Shown here one piece after another: positions 46,221 to 55,591 of a stretch of DNA of 64,000 nt. The translations under genes were made by a program, and so were the position numbers. The notes under the pieces were generated by a model, which did not search any database, was not told the origin of the DNA, and saw nothing but the letters and a program-made list of their open reading frames with translations. The stretch is taken from the NCBI GenBank assembly GCA_016207665.1, contig JACQPG010000055.1:35184-99183 (forward strand), read 5' to 3'. The DNA is from Elusimicrobiota bacterium (lineage in GTDB: Bacteria; Elusimicrobiota; Elusimicrobia; UBA1565; UBA9628). Every line of letters starts with the position of its first letter. The stretch's first letter is position 1.

Positions 46221-47087
46221 ATGGAGCCTCTTGGTTGCCGACCTACCGCCCTCGTCCTGCCCGGAGGGGCCTCGCTGGGAAGCTGGCAGGCGGGATGCAT
46301 GTATGGGCTCACCCAGCGCCACAAGCTCTCCTTCCATAGCGTTTTCGGCACCAGCGTGGGCGCTCTTAACGGCTGCGCCTATCTGCAGGATACTTTCGAA
46401 AGGCTGCAGAAGATCTGGTGCCACGTCCGCACCTCGGACCTGCTCAAATTCAGGCCCCGCCTGCGCCCCCTGAGCCTCTTCTCCCAGGAGCACATGCGCC
46501 GCTATCTATCCCGCCTGGTGGATGAGGAAAGGGCCCGGCGCCTGAAACGCTGTTGGTTTTACGTGGTTTCGACCGACATCGCCAGCGGCAAGATACACCA
46601 GGCTTGCTATTCTCCCGAACCGGACGGCCCCTGGGACAGTCCGCTGGTGGAGCATCTGCTGGGATCGGTCTCCATCCCTTTCGTGCTCCCGCCCGTGCGC
46701 ATCGATCTTAACGGAGCCGGTTATCGCCTGCTCATCGACGGGCAAGCCAAATCATACGTGAACCTATGGCCGGCCATCGCTCGCGGCGTCAAGGACCTCG
46801 TTTTCCTCAACGTGATCCACCCCAGCGAGCTTTCGACCCCAGGCCTCGGGCTGCGCTCCTATATCTCCACCTTGAACAACCAGCTCTTGCAGGGCCAGAT
46901 AGACCATTCACTCGAGTCCATTCGTGCGGCCGGGCTCAAGGACGTTCGAGCCTACGTTTTCCACCCCTCCAAGCCGCTCATGCTGCGCTCGCTCAAGTTC
47001 GACGGCGAATGCAACAGGGCCTTCGCCCTGGGCGTGGAGGACGCGGACAGGTCTATCTCGGATCCTGAGCCGTTCCGGGTGCTATAG
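46221..47087 (+). CDS. Patatin-like phospholipase
   Basis: Oxyanion loop LPGGASLGSWQAG (GGxxxG) and nucleophile elbow GTSVGA (GxSxG). Start set at ATG 46221 downstream of the terminator. Confidence 0.75.
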   Translation: MEPLGCRPTALVLPGGASLGSWQAGCMYGLTQRHKLSFHSVFGTSVGALNGCAYLQDTFERLQKIWCHVRTSDLLKFRPRLRPLSLFSQEHMRRYLSRLVDEERARRLKRCWFYVVSTDIASGKIHQACYSPEPDGPWDSPLVEHLLGSVSIPFVLPPVRIDLNGAGYRLLIDGQAKSYVNLWPAIARGVKDLVFLNVIHPSELSTPGLGLRSYISTLNNQLLQGQIDHSLESIRAAGLKDVRAYVFHPSKPLMLRSLKFDGECNRAFALGVEDADRSISDPEPFRVL

Positions 47088-48195
47088 GAAGGGGTGAGAG
47101 CGGCTCGCCCGACGACTCGGTCTCGCCGTGCCGGACCTTCTCGATCTTGAGTATGGTCGAGTCCAGCTTTCGGAAGCTGGTCTGGCTGATGTCCTCGTAG
47201 AGCTCGGAAGCCTTCTGAAGGCGCTGGCCCAGATCCGCGAAACGCTCCCGGAACTTCTCGTAGGCGGCTGCGAAATTCGAGATCAGCTTTACGATCTCCT
47301 GGGTCTTCTGGGCGAAATGGAAATTCTCGAAGGACTGCCTGACCACCGCGAGCACGGCATAGAGGGTGAACGGCGAGCATAACACGACTTTCTGCGCCAA
47401 GGCCTCGTCCAAAAGCCCCGGGCTGGCGTCGTGGATGAATCCATAGACCTGCTCATTGGGGATGAAAAGCAGCACATAGTCCAGGGTGCGCTCGGCCGGG
47501 TTGATATAGTCCCTGTTGCGTATCTCCTTGACCCTGGCCTTGGCGTCACGCAGGAAATCAGCCTTGAATCGGCTCTTTTCCTCGCCTGAAGAGGCGTTCA
47601 TCATGCGCACGTAATTGTCGAGAGGAAACTTGACGTCCATGTGCAGACGATGGCCGTCGGGCAGCAAGAATGTGAAATCCGGGCGCGTCGAGCTGGTCTC
47701 TTGGACGCGGTTCTTGAGGTATTGAACGTTCTCCTTCAGGCCGCTGGCCCGAAGTATATCCTCGGCCATGCGCTCGCCCCATTGGCCGCGGGCCCTCGAA
47801 TTGTCGAGCAGAGAACGAAGACCCTCAGTGGCGGCCGCCAGCCGGCCCGTGCTCTCGGAAGCGTCCTTGAGCGTCTTTTCCAGCGAACCGTACTTCTCCC
47901 GCCTCTCCACCTCGAATTCCCGGACAAGGCTCTCGCATTGCCCTATCTGCTCGGAAAGCCGGCCCACCGCCGTCTCGACCGCCTTTCTCTTCTCATCAAG
48001 CTCGGACTGATGCTTGACCCTTTCGGTCTCCCACTTTTGCCCGGCAAGCTCGAGCCAACCCCTCAACTCCTCGCGATCCCTGGCCCGCTCGGCGTCCATG
48101 TTCTTGCGTAAGGAAAAGAAGATGAGGACGAAGGCGAAGGTGGCGGCCGCGGCGCCCGCCAAGGCCGCCAGTCCCACCGCCAAGACCAGGCTCAT
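47053..48195 (-). CDS. rmuC: DNA recombination protein RmuC
   Basis: Start at internal ATG 48195 (MSLVLAVGLAALAGAAAA TM anchor) with ATGA overlap to the upstream gene. Coiled-coil N-terminal half and conserved C-terminal nuclease-like domain (...PDFTFLLPDG...VDYVLLFIPNEQ...). Confidence 0.8.
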   Translation of the reverse strand: MSLVLAVGLAALAGAAAATFAFVLIFFSLRKNMDAERARDREELRGWLELAGQKWETERVKHQSELDEKRKAVETAVGRLSEQIGQCESLVREFEVERREKYGSLEKTLKDASESTGRLAAATEGLRSLLDNSRARGQWGERMAEDILRASGLKENVQYLKNRVQETSSTRPDFTFLLPDGHRLHMDVKFPLDNYVRMMNASSGEEKSRFKADFLRDAKARVKEIRNRDYINPAERTLDYVLLFIPNEQVYGFIHDASPGLLDEALAQKVVLCSPFTLYAVLAVVRQSFENFHFAQKTQEIVKLISNFAAAYEKFRERFADLGQRLQKASELYEDISQTSFRKLDSTILKIEKVRHGETESSGEPLSPLPIAPGTAQDPR

Positions 48196-48731
48196 TTGGC
48201 CGCCTTGCGCCGGCGCAAGGTCAGTATCTGAGCCTTGCAGGTCTTGCCCGTCTCGAGGTAGAGCTTGAGCTTGGCCAGGCAATCCTCCCAACCGGCGGCG
48301 CAGCCATTGTAAAACCGGTCGGCTTCCGAGTCGGCGGAAAATCCCGCATGCAGCAAGGTCACCTCGCATCCGCCCCGGCAAGGCTGGATGAAGAAGCTCG
48401 ATAGCGGGGGATAATTTTTCTTGGGAGGCAGTTTCCACATCCAAGCCACCTTCCGCCCCGGTTGCAGATCGACAAAATAGCCTTCCCCATCCCCGATGGC
48501 CACGGCGGGAGGGAAGGCCTGTCCTGGGCCATGCTCCCGCTTCTGGCTCACCTTGGGCCAGATCATTCGGAATCGGCCGGTGTTCTTGGCCTCCGTCTCG
48601 GCGCCCTGAAGCCACCAGCGGCAGAGCTCGGTGGCTGAGGTAAGAGCCCGATAGATCTGCTCGGGGGAAGCCTTGATCTTGATCGTGAACCGAAGATCGC
48701 GCGTCCTGGCTTTGGGCGAGGAAGGCGTCAT
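48192..48731 (-). CDS. SRPBCC-fold protein, AHSA1 (activator of Hsp90 ATPase homolog)-like
   Basis: Start at internal ATG 48731. DLRFTIKIKASPEQIYRALTSATELCRWW pattern typical of AHSA1/polyketide-cyclase-like SRPBCC proteins. Confidence 0.6.
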   Translation of the reverse strand: MTPSSPKARTRDLRFTIKIKASPEQIYRALTSATELCRWWLQGAETEAKNTGRFRMIWPKVSQKREHGPGQAFPPAVAIGDGEGYFVDLQPGRKVAWMWKLPPKKNYPPLSSFFIQPCRGGCEVTLLHAGFSADSEADRFYNGCAAGWEDCLAKLKLYLETGKTCKAQILTLRRRKAAK

Positions 48732-48735
48732 GAGC

Positions 48736-49419
48736 TTAACCAAGACGCTTGCCCGCCTGACGGGCCGGCGCGGGACCCTGCCACTCCACGGCCGCCCCAT
48801 CAGGTCCTTCCTTGAGGATCTTGAAGGTATTGACCAGCTGATTGAAGTGGGGTTCATATTTCTTGAACCCCGCCCGCGTGGCTGGATAGATCAAGACGTA
48901 AAAACCTCGCTTGAGCGCGACGACCACATAAGCATGCTCGCGCAGATTGACCGGCTTGCCCGTCTCGGCGTCTTCGACCACGCCCCAACGGCGATCCGGC
49001 GGAACGGGCGCCGGAGACAGCACGACGAAATGGCGGGCCTTCTTGCCGTGCACTATGATGTCTCGCGGAGGCTGGCTCATCACGCGATTGCCGTAAACCT
49101 CGCGCAATGTCTGCTGTATATAGTCCTCGGCATCATTGTACATCTCGAGCCCGCCGTCGGGCAGGCGGTGAGGGTAGGAATAGGCATGCCAGCGAACGCT
49201 CAAGCTGGGCGCGCCCAGATAGAAATCCGGCTCGAATGGGCCGATGAAGGTAGTATTGGTGAAATGGCCGCCTTCCCCGTCTGTGATCACCGTCCAACCC
49301 CAGGGAACGGCGCACTCGAAATCCGAATGGATTGAGGCGTGCTGGACGTATTTAGGCGGCTTGCACCCTCCTACGCAAAGCAGAAAAGCCGTTGCCGCGG
49401 CGGCGAGAGGCGCGCGCAT
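48736..49419 (-). CDS. Hypothetical lipoprotein
   Basis: Signal peptide plus lipobox MRAPLAAAATAFLLCVGGC; no recognisable domain. Confidence 0.5.
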   Translation of the reverse strand: MRAPLAAAATAFLLCVGGCKPPKYVQHASIHSDFECAVPWGWTVITDGEGGHFTNTTFIGPFEPDFYLGAPSLSVRWHAYSYPHRLPDGGLEMYNDAEDYIQQTLREVYGNRVMSQPPRDIIVHGKKARHFVVLSPAPVPPDRRWGVVEDAETGKPVNLREHAYVVVALKRGFYVLIYPATRAGFKKYEPHFNQLVNTFKILKEGPDGAAVEWQGPAPARQAGKRLG

Positions 49420-49433
49420 GTCGCCTAAATATA

Positions 49434-51332
49434 TCAGATATCGGGGCCGAAGGGCAGCGCCGAGCCGGCCGGTAGAGCCGCCAGTTCCTGAGCTCGCTTT
49501 TCCAGCGAACGCGCTTGAGCGCTTTCGCCGGCTTTGCGATACAGCTTGGCCAGCCGGGCGGCCAACTCGGCTTCCAGCGCATGATCCGCTCGCCGCTGAG
49601 CCAGATGCGAAGCCTTCAAATAGAGCCTCCGGGCCTGCGCTGCCATGCCCTTGCGATCCAGGACAAAGGCCAAGGAAGCCATTATCTCCGGATCATGAGC
49701 CGTCCTTGAATGAGCGCGGGCCAGCTCCAGCAAGCGATCCGCCTTGTGCGACAAGCCCAGTATTTCCCAGGCATAGGCTTTCCAAATCAAAGGCTGCACG
49801 CTGTCCGGAGACTGCACGATCCAACGGTCGAGCTCGGCCAACACCGCCGCTCTCTGGGCCGCGTCGGCCAGGGCCCGGTCGAGCGAGTCCGGCCAGAGCC
49901 TGTTGGGAGTCAGGATGTTGCGCCGCTCGGCCGCCTGGAGGCCCCTGCCCTTTCGCCGGACATAGATGAGGGCCTGGTCATCCGCATAAGCCAATCCCCA
50001 ACCCAGATCCTCGTCCACAACGCGCGCGGGATAGCGGCTGCGCCGATTTCTCACCACCGCGTAATCAAAACCATAGATCTCGGCCATTTGCGGAAAAGTC
50101 ACCGGCCAATTGAGCGCGTCCTTCATGAAATCCGGACCGTACAGCGCCATCCTCTCGTCGATGAACACGGGCCTGCCGGCCAGATAAGCGAGCGGGGCGC
50201 CCATTTCCGGTTCATTGAAGGCCTTCCCTTTCAGGGAGTTGGCCCGGATGAAATGCGCGGCGCCGTCCAATGCGACCGGTCCATAGCCTCGCCAACGGGA
50301 TAAGGGCCCATAAACCCCGGTCCAATGAAGCACGGCCAGACAACCCATGAACGCGGCCCAGCGCAGAGTGCGCAAGGGAGTATCGGTCCTGGCGGGGAAG
50401 AAATGGCCCAGTCCCAAGGTGATGAGCGGACAGGCGGCCAACACATACGCGGGCCTTAGCTCCTTGATCACGAAAGAAAGCACCAGGAGGCTGGCGGCCG
50501 TCATGGTCAAGATGAATTCCTGTTGAAGACAGATCCAGCAGGCCGCGATTCCCGCCGCCGCGAAAAGGATATAGCCGTTGAACCAAGGCGAAAGGGAATG
50601 CCAGGAAAGCCAGGAGCTGTCGAGCGAGGCGAATATCCGCGTGAACACCGCCAGGCCATGGGGATTGAGCGAAAGCGCGAGCACCGAGGCCAGGAACAAG
50701 AACAGGAAATCCAGCCTCTCTCGCTCCGGCGTGCGCAACGAGGCCTTGAACGCCTTGAGTCCCACGATCCATACCCCTATCGAGGCCGCGGGGCCGTGCA
50801 GGTTGGCCCATAGGGCGATCAACCCTCCTACCTTGAGCAATACCTTCCAATCAAAGGCAGCCCTGGGCCGAAGTATCCGTATCAGCAGGGCCAACAACGG
50901 AAGATCCAGCACGGCCGGCCTTTCGGTATAACCGGCCCAGATCGCCATGGCTCCCAGGGCCAGCACCGCGGCCGCCAGAAGCGGATTGCCGGGGTTGATG
51001 GGCAGCAGCAAAGCGAAAGCCAAGGCCACGGCCAGGGCCTTGAGCGCCATCAATCCCTCGGGACCTATATGGGTGTGAACCAGGTAGAAGAGCACGTCCG
51101 CCAGCCAGGAATCGGTGGACCAGGGCCGCCCGTTCATCGTGTACGAATACTGATCCGCGCGAGCGATGGTCCCGCTTGAAATGATGTCCGCTCCGCTCTT
51201 GATATGAAGCCAGGTGAGCGACTCATGCACGGAGAACAGGCCCAGAAATAGGACGAAGGAAAACAAAAGCAAGGCCAGCGGCCAATGCGGGTGATGGGGC
51301 TTCTCGTGGGGATGCCGGGTGTGGGGGCCCAT
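49434..51332 (-). CDS. Polytopic membrane protein with C-terminal TPR-like repeats and His-rich N-terminus (possibly O-antigen ligase/polymerase-like)
   Basis: N-terminal HTRHPHEKPHHPH, more than 10 hydrophobic helices, C-terminal helical repeats (AYAWEILGLSHKADRLLELARAH...). Family assignment not verifiable by eye. Confidence 0.4.
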   Translation of the reverse strand: MGPHTRHPHEKPHHPHWPLALLLFSFVLFLGLFSVHESLTWLHIKSGADIISSGTIARADQYSYTMNGRPWSTDSWLADVLFYLVHTHIGPEGLMALKALAVALAFALLLPINPGNPLLAAAVLALGAMAIWAGYTERPAVLDLPLLALLIRILRPRAAFDWKVLLKVGGLIALWANLHGPAASIGVWIVGLKAFKASLRTPERERLDFLFLFLASVLALSLNPHGLAVFTRIFASLDSSWLSWHSLSPWFNGYILFAAAGIAACWICLQQEFILTMTAASLLVLSFVIKELRPAYVLAACPLITLGLGHFFPARTDTPLRTLRWAAFMGCLAVLHWTGVYGPLSRWRGYGPVALDGAAHFIRANSLKGKAFNEPEMGAPLAYLAGRPVFIDERMALYGPDFMKDALNWPVTFPQMAEIYGFDYAVVRNRRSRYPARVVDEDLGWGLAYADDQALIYVRRKGRGLQAAERRNILTPNRLWPDSLDRALADAAQRAAVLAELDRWIVQSPDSVQPLIWKAYAWEILGLSHKADRLLELARAHSRTAHDPEIMASLAFVLDRKGMAAQARRLYLKASHLAQRRADHALEAELAARLAKLYRKAGESAQARSLEKRAQELAALPAGSALPFGPDI

Positions 51333-51379
51333 GTCGGCTTTACGGCGCCGGAAACGATTGTAGCATTGAGGCCTTCGCT

Positions 51380-51718
51380 TCAGCGACGAAGTTCTAGGCG
51401 GACTTTCTCGATCCGCCGCTTGAGGGCCTGTGTCTCATCCGAGAGCTCCCCTCGTCCCCTTTCCCAGCGCTCGCGGCCGATCTCATCGGCCCTCTTGACC
51501 CTTTGATCCAGCTCGATGCGCCGCAGCTTGATGTCCTGTATCTCGTTGAGCGCCTTTCGCTCGGCATCCTTTCCCGCGCCGCGGGCCCGCTTTTCCAGCT
51601 CGTCCAGGCTTTGCTCGAGCTCGCTCAACTGTACGCGCAGGCCCTGATCCCAGCCCGCGTCATCCGCCGCTGAAGAGCTCAGGCAGAGAAGGAGTAGCAG
51701 GCAGCCGGGCCGCAGCAT
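51380..51718 (-). CDS. Small secreted coiled-coil protein
   Basis: Signal peptide MLRPGCLLLLLCLSSSAADD followed by a charged heptad-like sequence. Confidence 0.4.
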   Translation of the reverse strand: MLRPGCLLLLLCLSSSAADDAGWDQGLRVQLSELEQSLDELEKRARGAGKDAERKALNEIQDIKLRRIELDQRVKRADEIGRERWERGRGELSDETQALKRRIEKVRLELRR

Positions 51719-51781
51719 GCAGGCATTATAGGCTCGTCGGGATGGGGTCTCAATGACGAAACGGTCAGTCTTGGTTGAAGG

Positions 51782-52585
51782 CTATCGGCCGTGGGACAAC
51801 ATGCAAGAGGGCAGGCTGTTGGTATAATGCGACTCCAAGCCCGAGCAGGCCTGCATCCAGGAGGCCCCCGCGTCCAAAACGGCCTCGTTTCCGTAAGAAG
51901 CGACCTCGCGGCACATGAACGGATTGACGTATCTCCGAAACTCAGGGGACGGCTCCAGGTAACACAGGGCCGAGGTCGCATAGACTCGGTCGCGCATAAA
52001 GCCCATTTTCTGCGAATCAAAGAGCGCCCGGTTATGCTCCTCGGTGCTGAAATTGTCCGCTCCCGCCCCATGCAGCGTCTCGTGGAATATGACGCCTGAA
52101 AGCCAATCCGGGCAGCCTTGGCAGGAGGTTATGTTGAGCAAGGACAGCAAATGTATTTCGCCAACTTCCCGATGCGAGGCGCAAAAAGCGGGGAAATTCC
52201 GGCTTTCCTGGCCGCCTGGCTCCGGGCAGCTCAGATGCATGCGCCACGTCCATATCCGCCTTTCGAGCTGGGCGGCCCAGCCCGGATTATAACGGCTTAG
52301 GCAGCCTCCCTTGTCTTTGGGAACCGAAGGGCTCAGGCGCCGCCAAGCCAGGTCCAAAGCCTCCATCAGCTCTCGCCGCGAAAAACGCTGATCCTGGAAG
52401 CATCGGGGGTCAACCACCCATCCCTTCGGATGCACGTAAGCCCAGGCCAAGGAGCCGAAGGCCCCGGTCTGTATCCAACAGTCGCCGCGGCGCCGCTGGT
52501 TCCAGTCCGAGGGGCAGGTCTTGATCTCGCAAAACGCGGGCCCAGCCCAAAGACCGAAAAGGAGCAACATCAGGATCCGGCTCAT
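51782..52585 (-). CDS. Secreted cysteine-rich protein with an HExxH motif (putative small metalloprotease)
   Basis: Signal peptide MSRILMLLLFGLWAGPAFC, 14 Cys, and VIFHETLHGAG. Confidence 0.4.
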   Translation of the reverse strand: MSRILMLLLFGLWAGPAFCEIKTCPSDWNQRRRGDCWIQTGAFGSLAWAYVHPKGWVVDPRCFQDQRFSRRELMEALDLAWRRLSPSVPKDKGGCLSRYNPGWAAQLERRIWTWRMHLSCPEPGGQESRNFPAFCASHREVGEIHLLSLLNITSCQGCPDWLSGVIFHETLHGAGADNFSTEEHNRALFDSQKMGFMRDRVYATSALCYLEPSPEFRRYVNPFMCREVASYGNEAVLDAGASWMQACSGLESHYTNSLPSCMLSHGR

Positions 52586-52590
52586 CGCGG

Positions 52591-53262
52591 CTAACCTATT
52601 CTCTTGCTCCTAAGCTTCGCCAACAACTGGGCGAATGACTCTTTGACGATGATTCTCGAGAACTGGACCCGATAATTATCGGCAAGGCTGATTCCCTCGA
52701 TCGAGAGATCATAAGCCCGCCAGCGGCCATCCATATCCTTGAGCACATAATGGATGGGCAAATGCTGTTTCTTCCGGGTGATCAACACGGTCTTGACCAC
52801 CACCGAACCCTCTCCCTGGACCTCTTCTCCGAGAAAGCGGATCGGTTCGCCGCCGTAGAGGTCGATCTTGGACACGTAGGCTCGCTCCATGAGCTCTGAG
52901 AAAAGGGCCACGAACTCAGCCTTCTCGTCGGCGGTGCGGGCGTCCCAATGCCTTCCCAGGGTGAGCTTGGCCATCTCGCCCCAATGGAAGAGCTCGCCCG
53001 CCATGGCGCGAACCTTCTTCAAACGCCGCTCTTTCTCGTTTTCATCGGCCGGGGGCGTGCGAACCAGATCGAATATGCCATCGAGCCTCTCTTTGAGCTG
53101 TTCCGTGGCCGGGCCGCTGACGGCCGCCGCCTCGACCGCGGGGACCGCGGCGGACTCGGCCATGATGACCCGCGCCTGAGAAGGCAAGTCCCTGCTCCAA
53201 TCCAAAGCCTGAGCCCGCAGGCTGACGGACCCGATGACGAATAGCCCCATGACGAATCGCAT
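52591..53262 (-). CDS. MlaC/Ttg2D-family periplasmic lipid-binding protein
   Basis: Start at internal ATG 53262 with SD GGGGGA. Signal peptide MRFVMGLFVIGSVSLRAQA. C-terminal ...DGRWRAYDLSIEGISLADNYRVQF matches the MlaC family. Confidence 0.65.
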   Translation of the reverse strand: MRFVMGLFVIGSVSLRAQALDWSRDLPSQARVIMAESAAVPAVEAAAVSGPATEQLKERLDGIFDLVRTPPADENEKERRLKKVRAMAGELFHWGEMAKLTLGRHWDARTADEKAEFVALFSELMERAYVSKIDLYGGEPIRFLGEEVQGEGSVVVKTVLITRKKQHLPIHYVLKDMDGRWRAYDLSIEGISLADNYRVQFSRIIVKESFAQLLAKLRSKRIG

Positions 53263-53276
53263 GATATCCCCCTGAA

Positions 53277-53558
53277 CTACGCCTTCCTGGAAGTGATTTC
53301 GATCAGATGATAGCCGAATTGAGTCTTGACCGGGCCATGGACCTTGTTGACCTCTCCCGAGAACACCACCTTGTCGAACTCCGGGACCATGTCGCCCTTG
53401 GAGAATTCGCCCAGATCCCCGCCGCTCTTGCCCGACGGGCAAAGCGAATGCTCGCGAGCGACTTGCGCGAAGTCCTCTCCTGCCTCTATGCTTTTCTTGA
53501 GGTCCTCGCACTCTTTATGCGATTTGACCAAGATATGTCGGGCTCGGGCTTTGGGCAC
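53277..53558 (-). CDS. Parvulin-type peptidyl-prolyl cis-trans isomerase (PpiC-like, 93 aa)
   Basis: ARHILVKS...CPSGKSGGDLGEF...GPVKTQFGYHLIEI. Confidence 0.85.
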   Translation of the reverse strand: MPKARARHILVKSHKECEDLKKSIEAGEDFAQVAREHSLCPSGKSGGDLGEFSKGDMVPEFDKVVFSGEVNKVHGPVKTQFGYHLIEITSRKA

Positions 53559-53599
53559 GGCTTCCTCCTTTTCTTACTTAGCCCGGGTATTCTAGCTGA

Positions 53600-54955
53600 T
53601 TATGGGCCGACCCGATAGGCGCGGCGCCCGCCTTGGCCGTCGAACCAAACCACCTCGACGTCGCTGCGAATTCCCAAAGCGCGCTTGAACTGGGCCAGAT
53701 CTCCGCCCTCGCCGAAGCGCTCGGCCAAATCCTCAAGCAGCATATCGACTATCCCCATGCCGCGATAAGCCGCATCGACCGCGATCGCGCCGACCCCGTC
53801 GCGATCGCGATTATAATGATAGAGACCTACGACCCGATCATCTCTGATAGCCAGCACCGTGTCGGGAGACTCCGCCACCTGCCGCATGCGCTCGCTGATC
53901 TCATCGGAGCGAGAGACCAGCTTGAGCAGCGAGAATACCTGCCTTTGTTGATCCGGACTCAATTTCCCGTCGACGCTCATCAGGCGATAATTCCGCCATC
54001 CGTCCTCGCGGCCGCTCCTCGCCAGCCAATGGTCCTGGGATCTGCGGACCAGGGAAATGGGATAAGGATCCGGAGTTTTAGGCGAGGGCCGCGAGCCCAC
54101 CCGTGCCTTGACCCACTCCGCTCCTTGGCGAAAACGCGACAAGGTCTGGCTCAAAATGCCCTCGCGCCACTTGAACTCCTCCACCGTGCCCAAAAATGGA
54201 CCGCTCATCGCCCGCGTGTGCTTTCTTTCTATAGAGGCGCGGAAGGAGGCCTGCCGGTTTCCCCCTAACTCGCGGCTGACCAATTCCTCGAGCAGCACGT
54301 CCACCGCGCCGCTGCCCCGAAATGGCCGCGCCACCGCGATCCACTCGAGCTTTTGCAGGGAAGGGTTGAACACATAATGTCCCGCGATCCTGCCTCCGGA
54401 GACCAGGGCGGACACATTCACCTCTCCGCGCGATGCCTGCTCCAAGGTTCCCTGCGGAATCTGAGGGAGCAAGTATTCGGGAAGCTCGGACAAGCTCTTG
54501 ACCTGGAAATGGGTCTTGCGCCCCCAGGACTGGTTCTTGGCTATCCATGCTCCGCCCTCGAGCCGGGTCAAACGCACGGAGTAGTTCCCCGAGGAATCAA
54601 TCCCCTTAGCGTCGACCGCCGCTTCCCGCGATGGCCCCGGGGCATCGAAAAAACGGCCTGAAGCAGCGGCTTGTTCGCCATCCCCCGCTTCCAGGTGCGG
54701 AAATTCGAAGACGGTCTGCTCCAGGCGAGCCCCGATCCCCGGACGCTCATTCGGTTGAAGCAAGGTGAACTGATGGGTACTATCGAACAAGCCTGGCCGC
54801 TCGACTCCGGCCGCTAAAGGCCTCGGCGCCACGCGCCTGATGGGGGATAGGCGAGGAGAGGAAGGATCACCTCCCCGGCGCCCGGTCTGTTTCGGGAGCG
54901 CGCTCGCCTCAAAAGCCGCCAATATTAGGAAGGCCGCTGCCAGCTTCACCCTCAC
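53600..54955 (-). CDS. Secreted hypothetical protein with two GNAT-like acyl-CoA N-acyltransferase segments
   Basis: Signal peptide MRVKLAAAFLILAAFEASA. Two segments resembling GNAT motif A (RPFRGSGAVDVLLEEL and YRGMGIVDMLLEDL). Confidence 0.45.
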   Translation of the reverse strand: MRVKLAAAFLILAAFEASALPKQTGRRGGDPSSPRLSPIRRVAPRPLAAGVERPGLFDSTHQFTLLQPNERPGIGARLEQTVFEFPHLEAGDGEQAAASGRFFDAPGPSREAAVDAKGIDSSGNYSVRLTRLEGGAWIAKNQSWGRKTHFQVKSLSELPEYLLPQIPQGTLEQASRGEVNVSALVSGGRIAGHYVFNPSLQKLEWIAVARPFRGSGAVDVLLEELVSRELGGNRQASFRASIERKHTRAMSGPFLGTVEEFKWREGILSQTLSRFRQGAEWVKARVGSRPSPKTPDPYPISLVRRSQDHWLARSGREDGWRNYRLMSVDGKLSPDQQRQVFSLLKLVSRSDEISERMRQVAESPDTVLAIRDDRVVGLYHYNRDRDGVGAIAVDAAYRGMGIVDMLLEDLAERFGEGGDLAQFKRALGIRSDVEVVWFDGQGGRRAYRVGP

Positions 54956-55093
54956 AGCTTATCTGTTGGCGGGTGTGGCCGGAAGGAGCCTTCGGGCATG
55001 GCCCGGGTGGGACCTAAGACCCATTCGGAATAAACCTAGACATTGTCGCGTCGAAAGCAAAAAGTGCTTATAAATTAAATATAAAACTGATCC

Positions 55094-55114
55094 CGTGTGT
55101 CACGGTGACACACG
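55094..55114. promoter_or_regulatory. Perfect 10-bp inverted repeat CGTGTGTCAC-g-GTGACACACG in an AT-rich intergenic region (candidate operator)
   Basis: Read directly from sequence. Lies 58 nt upstream of the ATG at 55172. Confidence 0.45.
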
Positions 55115-55171
55115 ACAGCGCATTTCCCTTTATTTTTTCAACATTAATTCATTTGAGCTCGACCATGCGTC

Positions 55172-55591
55172 ATGGAACATCTTGATTTTCTGGGCCATTT
55201 CCATCATCCTTGGCTCATGGACAGCTCCTTTTCCGAGACCCCGCCCGATGAGCGCCTCGACAATCTTATCTTCCATCCTAAAAACCAATCGGAAGGCTCG
55301 ATCAATGTGGGCGATTACACCTGCGACGCCTGCGCGCGCAAAGTCCATTTCACCACCAACGACTTCCTCAAGGCCTTCGGAAATTCTAAGACCCGGCTCA
55401 GCACCCAGGAGCACGAGGCAGCCTGCCGCCGCCGCCCCTTGCGAAAGGACAAGGGCGAGGCCTTCCTCGACTTCCATTGCCCCGGCTGCCGCCGCCCGGT
55501 GCGGCTCGTCTTCGAGCCCACCGAGTTCGCCATGGGCTGCTACTATTTCACGGTGGTCGCCCTTCTCGAAGGACAAAGCCCTCGCTCATGA
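55172..55591 (+). CDS. Hypothetical Cys4 zinc-ribbon protein
   Basis: CDAC...CPGC. 5' end has lower GC than its neighbours. Overlaps the convergent M20D gene end by 6 nt. Confidence 0.4.
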   Translation: MEHLDFLGHFHHPWLMDSSFSETPPDERLDNLIFHPKNQSEGSINVGDYTCDACARKVHFTTNDFLKAFGNSKTRLSTQEHEAACRRRPLRKDKGEAFLDFHCPGCRRPVRLVFEPTEFAMGCYYFTVVALLEGQSPRS

